Notes: a model not told the origin generated them from the sequence alone. A stretch of 64,000 nt of DNA from Geosiphon pyriformis uo1 (GCA_016748015.1 JAAOMT010000197.1:282388-346387); one strand, 5' to 3'. Shown: positions 36,250-49,699, numbered from the stretch's first letter. Made by a program: numbers and translations.

Positions 36250-39200
36250 TTAAAAAAATGGATAATATTTGTCAAAAATTAAAAAATTTTGTAGCTTACA
36301 AATAAAACAAAAAACCAAAAATATCTTTTTAATTAATTACAACTTTTTTGGTAGCAAAAATAATTATAATAATGTTTTAGAATTAAAAAATTCTTAAGTT
36401 AATTTTTTTTTTCTTATTTTTTGTAAAATAGTTACAGCTCTTATTTTGAATAGTTTTTACCAATTTTAATACTTAAAAAGCTTTTTTTAAAGTAAAAACA
36501 GCCAAACAACATTTTTTTGAACTGTTTTTTTTAAACAATATAAAGTTAAAACAGTCTTTAACTATAATTAAAACATATTTTTTGGCTTTAAATAAAAGTC
36601 ATTCTTGATTTAAAAATTTTTTCAAGTAATTAATTAAAACTAATTTTAATGTAATTTTTATTATTATTATTATTATAAAAAGTCTAAAAAATTTTAACAA
36701 ACCAGTAAAAAAGCTATTCTTTTTTTTATTTTTTTATTTTATTTTTGTTTAAATAGCCAAAATAAAAAAGCAATCTTTTTTTTTTATTAAAATATGTTTT
36801 TTATAAAAAATAAAATATTAATTTTACACAAATTTTTTGGTATTTGTATTAATTATAATATTAATTAAAATTTGTAAACAATAATTTTTTTTTATATTTA
36901 AATAATAATAATAATAATAACATATTTATTAAAACTGATTTTAATTAATACTTAATTAAATTACTTAATATATTAAATTTTAACTATTTTTATTAATTTT
37001 AAAAACAAAACAAGTTATGTATTTACATATAATTTTAATTTATTTATTTATTCAATATTAAAAATTCTAAAAGTTTTGTTATTTTGGTGTTTAAATTATT
37101 TAACTTTAATACAAACAAAATAAAAACTTTAAAATTTAAAAATAACAAATTATTAGTTTTTTTAAATATATTATTCAAAATTATACTTAAGCCAAAAACT
37201 AATATTATAAAAACAGCCAAAAAATAAATAAAAACAAAATATTTAACTTAAATATTAATTCTAAGGTTTTATTTAAAAACAATTTTATGTTTTTTTAAAA
37301 ATATTTATTTTTAATTTTAAAGTAAATAACAAAAAATTTAAAATTTTATCAACTAAATTATTTACAATTTTTATAATAAGTTAAATTTAATTTAGTCTAA
37401 AACAAATTTATTTTATTAAATATTAAAATAGTATAATAAATTTTGGTTGATTTTTTTATTTTCAAAACAAATAATAGCATATTTTATAAAAATTCAATTA
37501 ATTATAATTAATTTAATATAATTTTACTAAATTTAGACAAAACTAAAAAAACGGCTTTTTTAAAAATATTTATAATTTTTTTTTTGATAATTACTATAAT
37601 ATATTTGGCTTTTTAAGATTATTGTTTACAATTTTTTTTTTATTTTTAGTTAATATTATGACTTTAATAATTTTCTAAAATTTTAAAAAAATAAAAACTT
37701 TTTTAAAAATATTTATTAATAAAAATATTTTTTGACTGCTTACACTTTTTTTATTAAGTTTTTTTTTTTAATAATTATAATTAATATTTAAACATAAAAT
37801 TTTTAAAAATATTTTTTAATAATTATAAAAGCAAATCAATTTAACTTAAATAAAAAACAAAGAATAAAAAAGATATTATTTTATTTTTAATTATCTATTA
37901 AATTGTATTTAATATTAAAGCTTTTAATTTATTAATATTTACTTTTTTATTTTAAAAATATTTGGTTTAAAATTCAAAAAAGTTTTATTTTTATTATTAA
38001 TATTAAATTTAATATTATTTACAATTTTTTTTAATTTAAATTCAAAATTAGTTTTTAGTTTTTTTTAATCTTTAAGTAAAATTATCTTTAATAAAACTAT
38101 ATATAGTATTTTTTATAAACCTTTTCTTAATTTTTAAATAAATAAGTTTGTATTTTATAAAATATTAAAAAACTAAAAAACAAATCTTTTTCTTAAAACT
38201 TTTTGCTTTTTAAAAATTTTTAAATTTAAAAAAAAAGAAGTTTATTAAATTAAATAATTATTTTTTTTAAATTTTGTAAATTTAATTAATAATTAAATTT
38301 AATAATATTATTAATTATTTTATTAAAATAAATAAAAATACAAAAAATTATATTGTAAATAATAATAATTAATTTTTTGGTCTTTTATAGTATTGTATAA
38401 AAATATTTCTTTTAAATAAAATAATAATAAACTAGTTTTTTGTTAATTTTAAATTTTTATTTTTATTTTTAATAAAAAGTTTTTACAAAAAAACTTATTT
38501 AAAATTTTAATATTATTTTTGTTTTTTTAAGAATCTTAATATTATTAATAATTAAATTGGTTTTTTCTATTGTTTCCTTTTTACTATTGCTTAAATAATT
38601 AAAAAATCAAATTAATTAAGAAATAACTTTTTAAATAACAATTTTTTTAAAATATTAAAAGTTTTTTTCTAATATTTTCAATTTTGGTTTTAATGTTTTA
38701 AAATTATTTTTTTTTATAAAAAATAAAGTTTTAGCTTTTTTGTTTTTTTTGGCTTTTTCACTAATTTTGTATTATTTGTTTTAATTATAATATTTAGCTT
38801 TATTATAGCTATAAATAAAAAAAATTATTTTAAACAATAATAATAAAATATTTTAATTAATTTTAATGTAAATTAATCTTTAATTGTATTATTTAATATA
38901 TTAATTTTAAGTTAATTATTATTGATTTTAAAAGTAAAACAAATTATATTTTTATATGCAATTTTATTTAATTAGCCAATTAAGTTATTTAATTTTAAAT
39001 ATTAAATTAAATAAAATTTTTTTTTCTTTTTTGTTTTCTGATAATATTATTTTTAATAATACTTAAAAATTAATTGTTAATTATTAAAAGTTTTTTAAAT
39101 AAATAATCTTTGTATTAATACTTGGTATTTTTTTAAGATTAAGTTAATTTATATTAAGACTGTTTTTTAATATATGTATAATTTTATTAATTTAAAATCT

Positions 39201-39750
39201 GTTTTTAAAAATAATATTAAATTATTTTATAAAATTTGTTTTTTAAGTTTTTTTAAATTATTTAAATTAAGTTAGTTAATTTTATTTATTTTTTTTACTT
39301 TTAATTTTTTTTTATTAAACGTTTAATAAGTAAAATTCAACAGTTATTTAGTACATAAAGCCAAACTAAATGGCTTTTTAAGATTGTTAAGTTTTAATAA
39401 TTTTTAATTTTATATTTTTTTTGCTATTATTATTTTGTAAAATATATTTAAAAATATTTTTAAGAAAGTTTTTTAAATTATATTAAAGTTTATTAATATT
39501 TAATAATATATTGTTGTTTATTTTAAGTCTTTTAATATAAACATAATTATTTTTGCTTATTAATTAATTTTAATAATAAAAAATAATATTAATGTTTTTT
39601 ATAATTATTCAAAAAAAATTATTGCTTTTTGTAATATGTTTAAAAATAAATAAATAAATTTTTTTTATTTATATTGTTTTTAAATTTGTAATTAAATTTG
39701 TTTTATCTATATAGTTTGTAATTACTTAAAAATTTAAAAATTATTTGTTG
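36250..39750. repeat. Extremely AT-eroded ancient repeat copies (unclassified)
   Basis: Blocks recur: ~36900-37040 ~ 38835-38990 ~ 50405-50560; ~37140-37290 ~ 51105-51260; ~37780-38060 ~ 58510-58785. Confidence 0.65.
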
Positions 39751-39910
39751 TTTCTGAATATTTTTTTTTATAAGTGGAAATATAATTGTAAATATAAGAT
39801 ATTATTTAATACTTAAAACTATAAAAGCAGTACAATATTCTTAATTATAAATACAGAGATTATTAAAAAAAATTAGTTAATAATATAACATAATTTTTAA
39901 TAATTAAATC

Positions 39911-40081
39911 TGAACATGTTCATAAATTTTGAATTAAACTTGAATTAAACTTGTTGTTTAGATTTGAATTTGGTTTAAGTTCAATTTAAGTTTAAATTCA
40001 AAATTTAGCCAAAATTTTTGTTCAAATTTAGTTCAATTTAATAATTTAATTGAACTTAAACTAAACTGAACTAAACATTAG
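39911..40081. repeat. Palindromic, CpG-eroded (CCGAAC)n-type subterminal repeat; possible DNA-transposon/MITE end
   Basis: Palindrome TGAACATGTTCA, inverted repeat at 39924-40006, and units (C/T)T(G/A)AAC ending ..GAACTAAACATTAG. Confidence 0.5.
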
Positions 40082-41003
40082 AACTTTATCTGCAAATTCA
40101 ATTTAATTTAATTTTAACCAGCTTAAATGGCTGTTTATATATATAAAATATATAATTATGTTTTTTATATGATAATTTTTTATTGTGTAATTTAAAATAA
40201 TAGTTGAATTATATTTTATTAAAACATGATAAATAAACAAACTAAATAATATAATATGTAATAATATTTTTAACCAATAGATAATTTTACAAAACATGTA
40301 AAATAATACTGTTAAAAATAATAAAAACTTAAATAAGTTTAAATGGCTAATTATATATAAAAAGTATATAATTTATATTAAATTAATTAGATAGTGGTTG
40401 GATTATATCTAATTAAACCATTTGAATAATATTTAATTTATAATTTATAATTGTAAATAAAAATTCAGTAATTGATTAAGATTTAATGTAATTAAATTTA
40501 ACAAATGATATTTTATTATTATCAAGTTTCAGTTATTTTATAAGATTAATTGTTAAGATTTTATTTTATTATAATAATAATAATATTCATTTATTTAAAA
40601 CATTGTGTCAATAATTAGAATTATATCCAGAAATTCAAATTGTTATAAATTATTATTTTCATATAACTTCAATTTTCATTTAATATAAATGAACAGCATA
40701 TCTTAAACAACAAAGGCTCTCTACAACAGTCTGCTGGTTTTCTTCGAAGATAAAAGAATAGAATAAAGGTGAAAGACTCTTTGGATACACTGTTAAAATT
40801 TCGTTCATTTGCGCAATTTTTACAGCAAAAACCTTGACCCTTGAGTTGGTTTTTATTGTAATTTAAAAGTTGAAGCAGTTTAATATTATTTAAGCACTGG
40901 ATGAAACTATAAATTTTGCCAATTTTTAAAGATTATTTCATAAAATGCTTTCATTAGGAAATTCGACCAAGCAAGAAAACTTATCGAAATGAAGTTTGGT
41001 TTA

Positions 41004-42198
41004 TTATTTCCTCATGGCATTACTTTGTGCGATCTCATTTTTCAACTTCGAAATCAAACATTCATTCTGAATTATTCTTTGGTTTAAGTATTCGCGTAGT
41101 TTGCTGAAAAGAAATTTGTGAAGGGTGTGGAAATAGGATATTTCTTTACAAGATTGCAAAATACTTTGGCTTGGCCAGTTGAATATCCTCCTATTGTGAT
41201 AAATTGATAATATAACTTACTTGTCATCAAGTATAAAAGATTCTTCTTCTTCTTCCTCCTCCTCCTCCTCTTCCTCCTCAAAGGCTTGCTCGAACTTCTC
41301 ATTACCCTTTAAAGGTGTGATATCCTCATTTTCTTAAAGTAGGAAAAATATATAAGTCTTCTGTGGTTTCTTGGCAGAAGAAAATGAAACGAAAAATTAC
41401 CGAAAATTTGAGCGAGTTCTCCGAGATACTCATGTTCGTGCGTGCATAATTTCTCAATGGCTAATTTTACTAAGTTTTTGCACAAAAATCAAAAATATCA
41501 GGTTTCAAGACGACTTCAAATAATATTTCAATCGAAAATAGTTACATTGCTCAAGAACCTCCAGAAATATTTTTTTACTTTCATTTCTAGAGTTATCTTG
41601 GTCTTTTTCTTTCTCTTCCTCTTGTTTTTTATGAGTGTGGACTTGATCTTGTGGTTGAAGACTATTTTCTACAATCCTCTCAATTACACTCAACCCTTTT
41701 AATAAGCCTTGACGTAAGGTTTCAATTTGTAATTCAGACTTTTCTCTGAGAAAGGTTGAAGTTCAAATTCTTGGTCGACTCTTTTAACAGGAAATTTTTA
41801 TATGGCAATTTTGTCTTAGTCAATAAATTATAATTTTTGCTTACCTAATTTTTTTACACTTTTCTCGAAGTTCTCTGAGATTCTTGTCGTCTTGTCCCAC
41901 TTGTTGGTTTAAGCTTTTTAAATGTCCCATTAAACTGTAATTCAGTCATTATTTAGAAGTGGAATATCTTTGTTTACATTCAAATTCAAAATTTTTCACA
42001 GGACAATATTAAGAGCATGAAATATACTCTAAAATTTCTTTGGAATATTTCTATAACATACTCTTTAATTAAGAGACGATTTTGATAAAGGGTAAAATTG
42101 AATTCAGTGGCAAAAACTTTTTCATTTTCGATGCCATTTAAAGGTGTGGTGGTAACGAGGGAACCGGGCAAGACAGCATTAAAATTATCACCTGACAT
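41004..42198 (-). CDS. Hypothetical coiled-coil protein with poly-Glu tract, ~6 exons
   Basis: Manual splicing gives MSGDNF..IKDLMGHLKSLNQQ..REKSELQIETLRQGLLKG..SIEKLCTHEHEYLGELAQIF..EEEEEEEE..KLREYLNQRII..AMRK*. No family recognised. Confidence 0.6.
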
Positions 42199-42988
42199 TT
42201 TTAGAGATTATTGGATTGGGAGTAGTATGAAAGCCTTCTAAGAAATGAGGAAAAGTTCTTAAATAGAATAAAGAGTAAATCAATTGGAAGAGTGATAGTT
42301 TTAATTTGGGTCGTTCAAAAACTGTTTATTGCATTAAAAGTGATTTCAAAATTGATGAAGTATTTAAATTTTAATAATTTTCGGAGTTTCCGAATTTCTA
42401 GGTTTTTAAATTAAATGTATTTGTAATTTTAGTAAATTAGGTTGCTATGAAGTTAATATATTCCAGTTTCCATTTTGTAATAAAAAAATAAAAGGGTTTA
42501 TTAATTTTATATATCTGTTTAGTTAAAGCCAAAAGTTATTAAGAAATATTTAAATAATAAAAATATGACTTATGAAATTTATTAAGACAAAAATAAAACC
42601 AGTAAATGGAAATTCTTAGACTTAACAAAAGTTTAAAAAACCTTTCAAATTTTGTGAAAATAATATTATTTCCTATATTATTTTTTCACAGTTAATATTA
42701 ATTTTAGATTTAAAATTTTCAACTAAAATTATTATTATTATTATTATTATTATTAAATAAATGTAAAAAAAAAAAACTATTTTGATTTATATATTTATTT
42801 GCATTTTTATTTTTGCTATTAATTTTTAACAGACTTTTAAATGGGGGTCAATTTCATAATTATTCATCAAGGTCATTTTCGTCACTTACCCCTTTTTATT
42901 TTGGCTTGAGCAGATCTACATTGAATTCTTTGATGCTACATTATTGCTTAATTTTTTTAAGAGGATATGAAGGTCAAAGGTTTTCTAT

Positions 42989-44930
42989 TTAATACCCTTT
43001 GTATTTCCGCTTCTTTCCCTTGGTATCAATTTCATCAGATCCATTTCGATATTGGCCTGCTCCTCTAGTGTTAGTTGCTCTTATCGGTTTTCTGATACTA
43101 TTTTTGCCAGGAGATTTGATCTTGTCAGTTTTTCCTCCAGTTGTAACTGAATCATCTTTTTGATCTTCCCCGTCGATTGATCCATCGTCATCAGGATGTG
43201 TTGGAAGGTAAAATAATTCTTCCTCATCTTCAGGTTCTGATTGAAGAAATTTTGACATCTCAACTGTAGTCACATCAATTTCTTCATCTTCGGAAATTTC
43301 ACTCTGTTTTACTAATGAATCTATGGACTCGCAAATGTCAAATTCATCTTCACGCTCTTCATACTCGACATTTTCATCAAGCTCTTTAAAATCTGGGGCA
43401 AATGCACTCCAATTCTCCTGATGGTTTGTTGCCCATATATATATACTTCCACGTGCTGCGGCTGAGGCTATTATAGAACGCACAGGATGCCATACGAGAT
43501 CGTTGAGCTGTTCTTTTGGGCCTTCTAGCATCTTAACCAGATTCCCAACATTTTTATCCCATATATAGATATAATGACCCATTTTGTGAGCTGAGCCTAT
43601 TAAAGTAAATACTGTTAATTCGATCAAGAAAAAAATGATTATAATTTTCATTCTCAAGACTGACCTCCAATAACATATTCGCCGTCGCGATTAAAGCAAC
43701 ATTGGTTCCATTGAACTTTATTCACGACGTCCGTGAAATTTTGACGAAGAAAAAGGATTCCGTCTTGTTCCAGATTAAAAACACGAATTGTTCTATCGTT
43801 TGAATTAACTACAATATCTCTGTTGAGTAATAAAGTGATGTGTTAATCAAAATTCCTTATGACCTTAAATAGTGTACGTATTTAAATCTATCATACATAC
43901 TTCCCATCCCGGCTGAACAAAATGTTTTTTATAGAGCAGTTTGCGGCGATTTTCTCGCTGTGTAAAATCTTATAAATGTTTCCAAGAGTTTGGATGATTA
44001 CAAGATAACATTAAAAATAAAAATTAAACATAGGGAAAGTTACTTTAGCAGTCTTAGCATCAATAATATTAATGTATCCTTTGCTAGTACCGGTGAAAAT
44101 CCGCTTCCCTTGAATATCGTATCGACATACTAAAGTCGTACTAAAGACAAAGGTATCATTTGATAAAAAATTTGTTAAAGAAGTATTTAAGATAAAAAAT
44201 TTTTACATTTACTTTGGTTTTGAATGTGTTTCCTTCTCATTCTTGTTACTATTTAGATCGCCTGAATCTTCGGAATTTGTTGGTATTTCGAGGAATTGAG
44301 TTTTTTCGGTAGAAATATCCACAATAACAGGTGGTTCCATTTTTAATGCTGCGACAAAGACCGAACTTGGATAATGATAAAAATACATGATAAATTTCAA
44401 TTTGGATTAATCATAACGAAGAATAATATTTTTACTGACTTATTTCTCGGGTGCATTTGCGCCATACAAACTCCAGTTGCGAACGGGATAGTTCGAGAAA
44501 TTGTTCCATGGAGCAGATCCCAATATATGCACTTGAAATCTTCACCAGTTGTTAAAAGATATCGTCCATTTCGAGACCAACTATACCAAAAAATCTTTAC
44601 TTTTGGGGAGGCATCACAAGTCAAGGTAGAAGAACAAGGTTACCTCAAACTTGTCACCTTAGATACATGCCCTTTAAGTGTTCTTGCTACTCCCTTTGTG
44701 TCAAAATCCCAAACGTAGACATGACCCTCTAGGCAGCCAGCTGCTAATAAAGTACCTCTTCTATTGAAGCTCAAAACAACCACGTTGTGTTGACCATACA
44801 ACTCTGATATTGTACACTCAATGGTCTCAGGGTAATCTTGCTCAAAAGGATCTAAACGCGAAACAAAGTTTTAGTTTCTACAAATACTTGAAATAGGGGA
44901 ATTAACCTTACTTAAAAGTTCCAAGTTCAT
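42989..44930 (-). CDS. SWD1: COMPASS/Set1C WD40 subunit Swd1/RBBP5, 8 exons
   Basis: MNLELL-NPFEQDYPE start, WD repeats (LKGHVSKVTSLSWSRNGRYLL) and the hallmark ENWSAFAPDFKELDENVEYEEREDEFD. Confidence 0.95.
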
Positions 44931-45570
44931 ATCGAATTGGTATTGTGATAACCAAACAAAAAGCGTATTTCTTTTCGACTTGAATTCAATTATTCAGAAA
45001 CTAATTTAGATACTCATTTTCTTATGATATTGTATATTTTATTTATAACATATTTTGTAATTTATCTGATATAAATTTTTAAATATGGAATTTTATTTTG
45101 ATAAAAATTAAAAAATTATTGGTTAACTCCCTCATCTTGAAATACGAATCTGGACCGAGATCATATAATTAAATAAAAGGATTAATATTTAAAAAAAATT
45201 AGAAAGTTTCTTAATCAAATCATTTGTATAAAAAACCCATAAAGATTATCTTTGATTGGATGACCTATAAAAAGGTTCATTATTTCCTAGATGCAAACCA
45301 ACAGAATTATTTATTATTGCAATTTAACAAATATTAAAATAAATCCATTTCTAGTGCGTTTAAATCCGAAGAAATAGCTTGATTTTATTAGGATGTTGGT
45401 CTTTATAATAAACTGATATTTTTTCGAAAAAAAATCTCCAAAGGTTGCAATCAAGTTCAATAGAATGTCGAAATTTTCAGAATCAACCATGAACTAATAG
45501 TATAAAGAACTCATCCGACTTACCTTGGTTTATCAAATTAAAAAATCTCGACATCAAAATACTACAATCT

Positions 45571-46930
45571 TCATGGAATTAGCGTCATGCCAGTCAATTC
45601 TTTTGTTTCTTGTAAATTTTGCTCTACATCTTCCGAAACGTATCGATCCAAAATCTGTCGTTTTCGTCTGCGCACTAAATATTCCTCTATTTCTTTTTGA
45701 GTCGGGACTGCGACGTGCGACACATATTTCTCGGCCGATTGATCAAGATCCATTCCTGTTTCCAATATCTCTTTTTCCTTGCGAATAATCAGGGGTGCTT
45801 TCCTTTTCGGTTGGGTTCTGTCCGGCGATTCGGCCGCTTTGGCGATAGCTGGAAAATTTAAAATCAGACTATATGCATGATAGGAGTTATTTTTAGGGAA
45901 CCGAAATGTTACCTAGTTTTTCTTGATCACGTTCGTATTCTAAAAGAGCCCCATCCTCTTCGTCACGATAACCGTAATAATCCGCATCGACATTCTTATA
46001 TAACTCGAATCGGCTTCGTTTCGATGGTTCAGGCGCTATATAAAGATTTGAAACTTCGACTATCAATATTACATCAGAATAAAAATTGATGAAGTTAAAT
46101 GTAATATTTTACCATCTTGTTCAAATAATTCTCTTACACCTGGTAAATCTTTGGCTCGACCAAAGTATCTATAAATAAATCATAATGTTCTCAAAAAAAG
46201 GTGGGTCAATTTTTGAATAATCGTAAAAAAATATACTTGTATCCACGGTTTCCGGGGACTTCTCTACCCTCATAATCCATCATCTTTGGTCCTATTCGCT
46301 ACGCAATGGGATGAAAGAGGTATGAATCAACATGAACTTCCTAATCCCAAAGGAAATTATTCAAAATGAATATCCGAACCCTATAATCGGGGCCTCCAAG
46401 TCTTTTTATTTGATCTTCCCAGTGACCCTTTTCTCTCATTAATTTATTGATTTCATCGTTAAGATCTCGGATTTGATAGTCAGACAGACCAGCTGCGAAG
46501 GAAAAAGAATGAGCAAATTATGCTTTAAGACATGAATTCATAAGAGATACAATCTAAAAATAATTACCATCCTGAATTTTAGATACTTTGCGAGAAATCT
46601 CCCGAATGATTTGCTGTCGCCATTTTTCAGCGTCTTTTACACTATTACAGTCAGATGCTAAATAAGGCCGACGTTCTTTTGGTTTTAAAAGTCCGAGTTC
46701 CGCAGCTTGAGCCTCACGGAACCGATATAGCATAGACCTTTGTGTGAGAGTGATGTTAAAGTAAATTGTATAAAAAAGTACGATGAAATTGCAGTAAAGT
46801 CATTTCCAAATACTCACTGAGCTTTTTCTTCATTACGAGCCTAAACTTTCAGAAATAAGTTCATTTGTTTTCAATCTGTTTTTAAATTTTCAACTAAAAG
46901 AAGATTGTAACTTTTCTCGAAACTCACCAT
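45571..46930 (-). CDS. ISY1: Pre-mRNA splicing factor Isy1 (NineTeen complex), multi-exon
   Basis: [53 protein letters not shown] and [20 protein letters not shown]. Confidence 0.95.
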
Positions 46931-47060
46931 CTCGAAGTTTCCAGTTTAAAAAAAAATTTTGTAGTTAGAAGCTTATTTTTTTTATTCCAGTTGCGTGATT
47001 GGCTCAGTATAATTTAAAATTATATAATTTTATGAACCGTCAATCATTATATGCTAACGG

Positions 47061-47132
47061 GGGGGGTTGGCGCAATGGTAGCGCGTCCGCCTCCAGAGCG
47101 GAAGGTTGGGTGTTCAAATCACTCACTCCCCA
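47061..47132 (+). tRNA. tRNA-Trp (CCA), intronless, 72 nt
   Basis: Cloverleaf: acceptor GGGGGGT/ACTCCCC, D arm GCGC/GCGC, anticodon arm TCCGC-CTCCAGA-GCGGA, T arm GGGTG-TTCAAAT-CACTC. TTTT ~30 nt downstream. Confidence 0.95.
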
Positions 47133-47253
47133 CGTGACAGTCATGAGTTAGATTGGTAAAACTTTTCCCACAATTATACTAATTAATATCTCTGGAAATT
47201 TTCAAAATTCCAAAGCAGACATTATATTTTTGACCTTGAGCATCATTTTCAAA

Positions 47254-47896
47254 ATGGAATATTTACCAAGTAAATTCAATATATTCTACTTTCTCAATCT
47301 AAAATATATTTCACTCTCATCATTCCTTTTGTTAAACTTTATGAAAAGTCTTGGAGGAACGTGAACGAATCGCCGAAGATGTTCTTACGAACCAACAATT
47401 GGTAACATCTCAACTCCTTTTTTATATTGTCACACCATAGAGAGGTGCTGGTCTTTCTATATGCACGTTAGATAGTAGACTACGACCGAAAACGTAACAC
47501 AAATCGCGAGGCGTTAACAAAACTCAGAAGACAACCGGCCCACGAGAGAAAACTATGGGTGAATTTTGGTGATATGTTTATCAAGATGGAGAACGAAAAA
47601 GTGAAAACTTTGATCGAGAAAGGTATGATTGAGAATGTATATTGTGCCGAATTACATAATATTGATTTTTGAGCAGTTCAATTTTATGATTTCTACGAAT
47701 GGTCCCATTCTGCCAATTAGACCAAAAGAACATTGACAAAGAAATCGACGCCGTCAGGGAGACGGTAAAGGAGAAAATGCTACAATTAGAGAAATTAGAA
47801 ACTGGGGAGAATGAAAAAATGAAAGGTTTCAATTTGCGGGGTATGACAGCAAAAGAACTTTACAATATTACTGGATATCAAAAAGTAGACTCTTGA
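47254..47896 (+). CDS. PDRG1: p53 and DNA damage-regulated protein 1 (prefoldin-like), 4 exons
   Basis: ERERIAEDVLTNQQLIVDYDRKRNTNREAL..WVNFGDMFIKM..DQKNIDKEID..MKGFNLRGM. Confidence 0.88.
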
Positions 47897-48167
47897 TACA
47901 CATGAATCGAATTTGTTTGCAAAAATTACTGACAAATACAAAATTGATTTACCAGCTCTTTCTCCTGTTTGATCAATAAGAAACCAACAATAATATGAGT
48001 TGATTTCTCGGTACCTCAATAATCTATATACCAATACAAAAAACTATATCCATAGCCTGAAAATTTCCTGAGCGAAAAGAATAAATGGAGGATCATAAAA
48101 TATGCAATTTTCGATGACGTCAAGTACTGATATTTGAGATAAAAACAAAATAGCCTATGTGGTTCGA

Positions 48168-49274
48168 TTAACCTAAAAGAAAGTTTAAAATTAATATAAA
48201 TATAGGCTTGCAATGATCAAACAATATTCGAAAAACTAATGAAGGAAGTCAGATATGAATTTCTCTACAGCACAACCGTTTCAGGCAATGTAGATAAGGT
48301 ATTTTAAAAGTAATCATCACATAATCGCTTGACCAAATTATATATTGTGTAATTATAACAAGGGATTGATTAAAAATTAATAAAATTAAATATGACCTAC
48401 CCTTCTTTTTGGATACACCAACAGTTCGACCACGTCTTCCCGTAGTTTTTGTGTGTTGACCACGCACACGCAAACCCCAGTAATGACGTAAACCACGATG
48501 TGCACGAATCTTCTTCAAACGTTCCAAATCTTCACGGAGTTTACTTTCCAGTGAGTTGGCGAGGATTTGAGAATACTTGCCATCGAAAATATCTTTTTGC
48601 CTGTTTAAAAACCAATTGGGAATTTTGTATTGTACCGGGTTTTGAATGATTGTAACCAGTCGTTCCAATTCTTCATTAGATAATTCACCAGCTCTACATA
48701 GAAAATACATAAATTTTTGATGATAAGAATTATCGCGGAAAATAAATCGAGAATTAATTCATTATTGATTTTGAACCGTTTATGCAAATCCACATCTGCC
48801 TTCTTGCACACCAAGTTAGAGTAGCGTCGGCCAACACCTTTGATAGCCGTCAGGGCAAATTGTACCTTGGTCTTACCCCTATTTTAAAAAATTTGAGATC
48901 CAAATACGGGTCAATAGATAAAGGCGCAAAAATTAATTTAGATACTTACTCAACATTGGTGTTCAACAAACGAAGAATATGTTGGAACTGATTCTTGTCA
49001 GGGACGACGAGGGACTGTTAATAATTTTAGTAAAGAATAAAGTTTAACGAACGTTGGTAGAAAGTAGACCAGCTATGTTCGGCCTCTTTTTCCAATAAAA
49101 TATCAAGTGTGTTGGAGAGGGAACTTATTTTAAAGATTCAGATTCACTACTTTCAGTTGCTTTGAGTTTTTAAGTTCAAAAATAATTTATCCATAGGGCG
49201 TTTCCATCCATCCATGAATCAAAAATTTTTACAATCCAAAAACCAACATAACATGCGATTAAAGTACTTACCAT
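48168..49274 (-). CDS. RPS18: 40S ribosomal protein S18 (uS13), 5 coding exons (ATG-only first, 5-nt last)
   Basis: [25 protein letters not shown] and [27 protein letters not shown]. Confidence 0.97.
48245..48325 (-). ncRNA. Intronic box C/D snoRNA, snR62/SNORD34-type (guide for LSU rRNA U equivalent to yeast Um1888)
   Basis: Box C GTGATGA (48314-48320), D' CTGA (48281-48284) and D CTGA (48249-48252). The 14-nt guide CCTTATCTACATTG is complementary to LSU CAAUGUAGAUAAGG. Confidence 0.85.
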
Positions 49275-49618
49275 CTTTGATAAAAAGGATATTTTCTCGA
49301 CGATAAGGAAAAAAGAAATTTAATACAATTTTGATCGTTATGACAGATCTGTTACCCAGCTTTGATGAATCAGATGATTATAAATCATCAGTGTTGACGC
49401 AATACAACTTCGAATAAGAAAACTATTTTTTCAGTTTCGTAATAATAAAAATTGAATAGTAAAAATTGATTGTTTGTAAAAATATATTTTAACAATTAAT
49501 TTATATTTATTAAAAATTATTTTAAACCTATTTTACAAAAATTTAAGTTTGCAAAATTCCAAAATTCCAAACGTAAAATTTTTTGTAAAATCTTATTTTG
49601 ATAATAATTAATTAAAAA

Positions 49619-49658
<40 letters not shown>

Positions 49659-49699
49659 TACATAATTAAAAGTTGTATATAATAAACTTTAATATATTA

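Noticed and set aside
42728-42755. (ATT)n tracts here and at ~49619-49656 as boundary elements of the gene cluster
   Set aside because: Common microsatellites in AT-rich DNA, with no further support.
48249-48400. C-terminal extension of RPS18 in the ORF track
   Set aside because: It is the last intron (GTAGGT..TTTTAG) hosting the snoRNA; the spliced protein ends KKG*.
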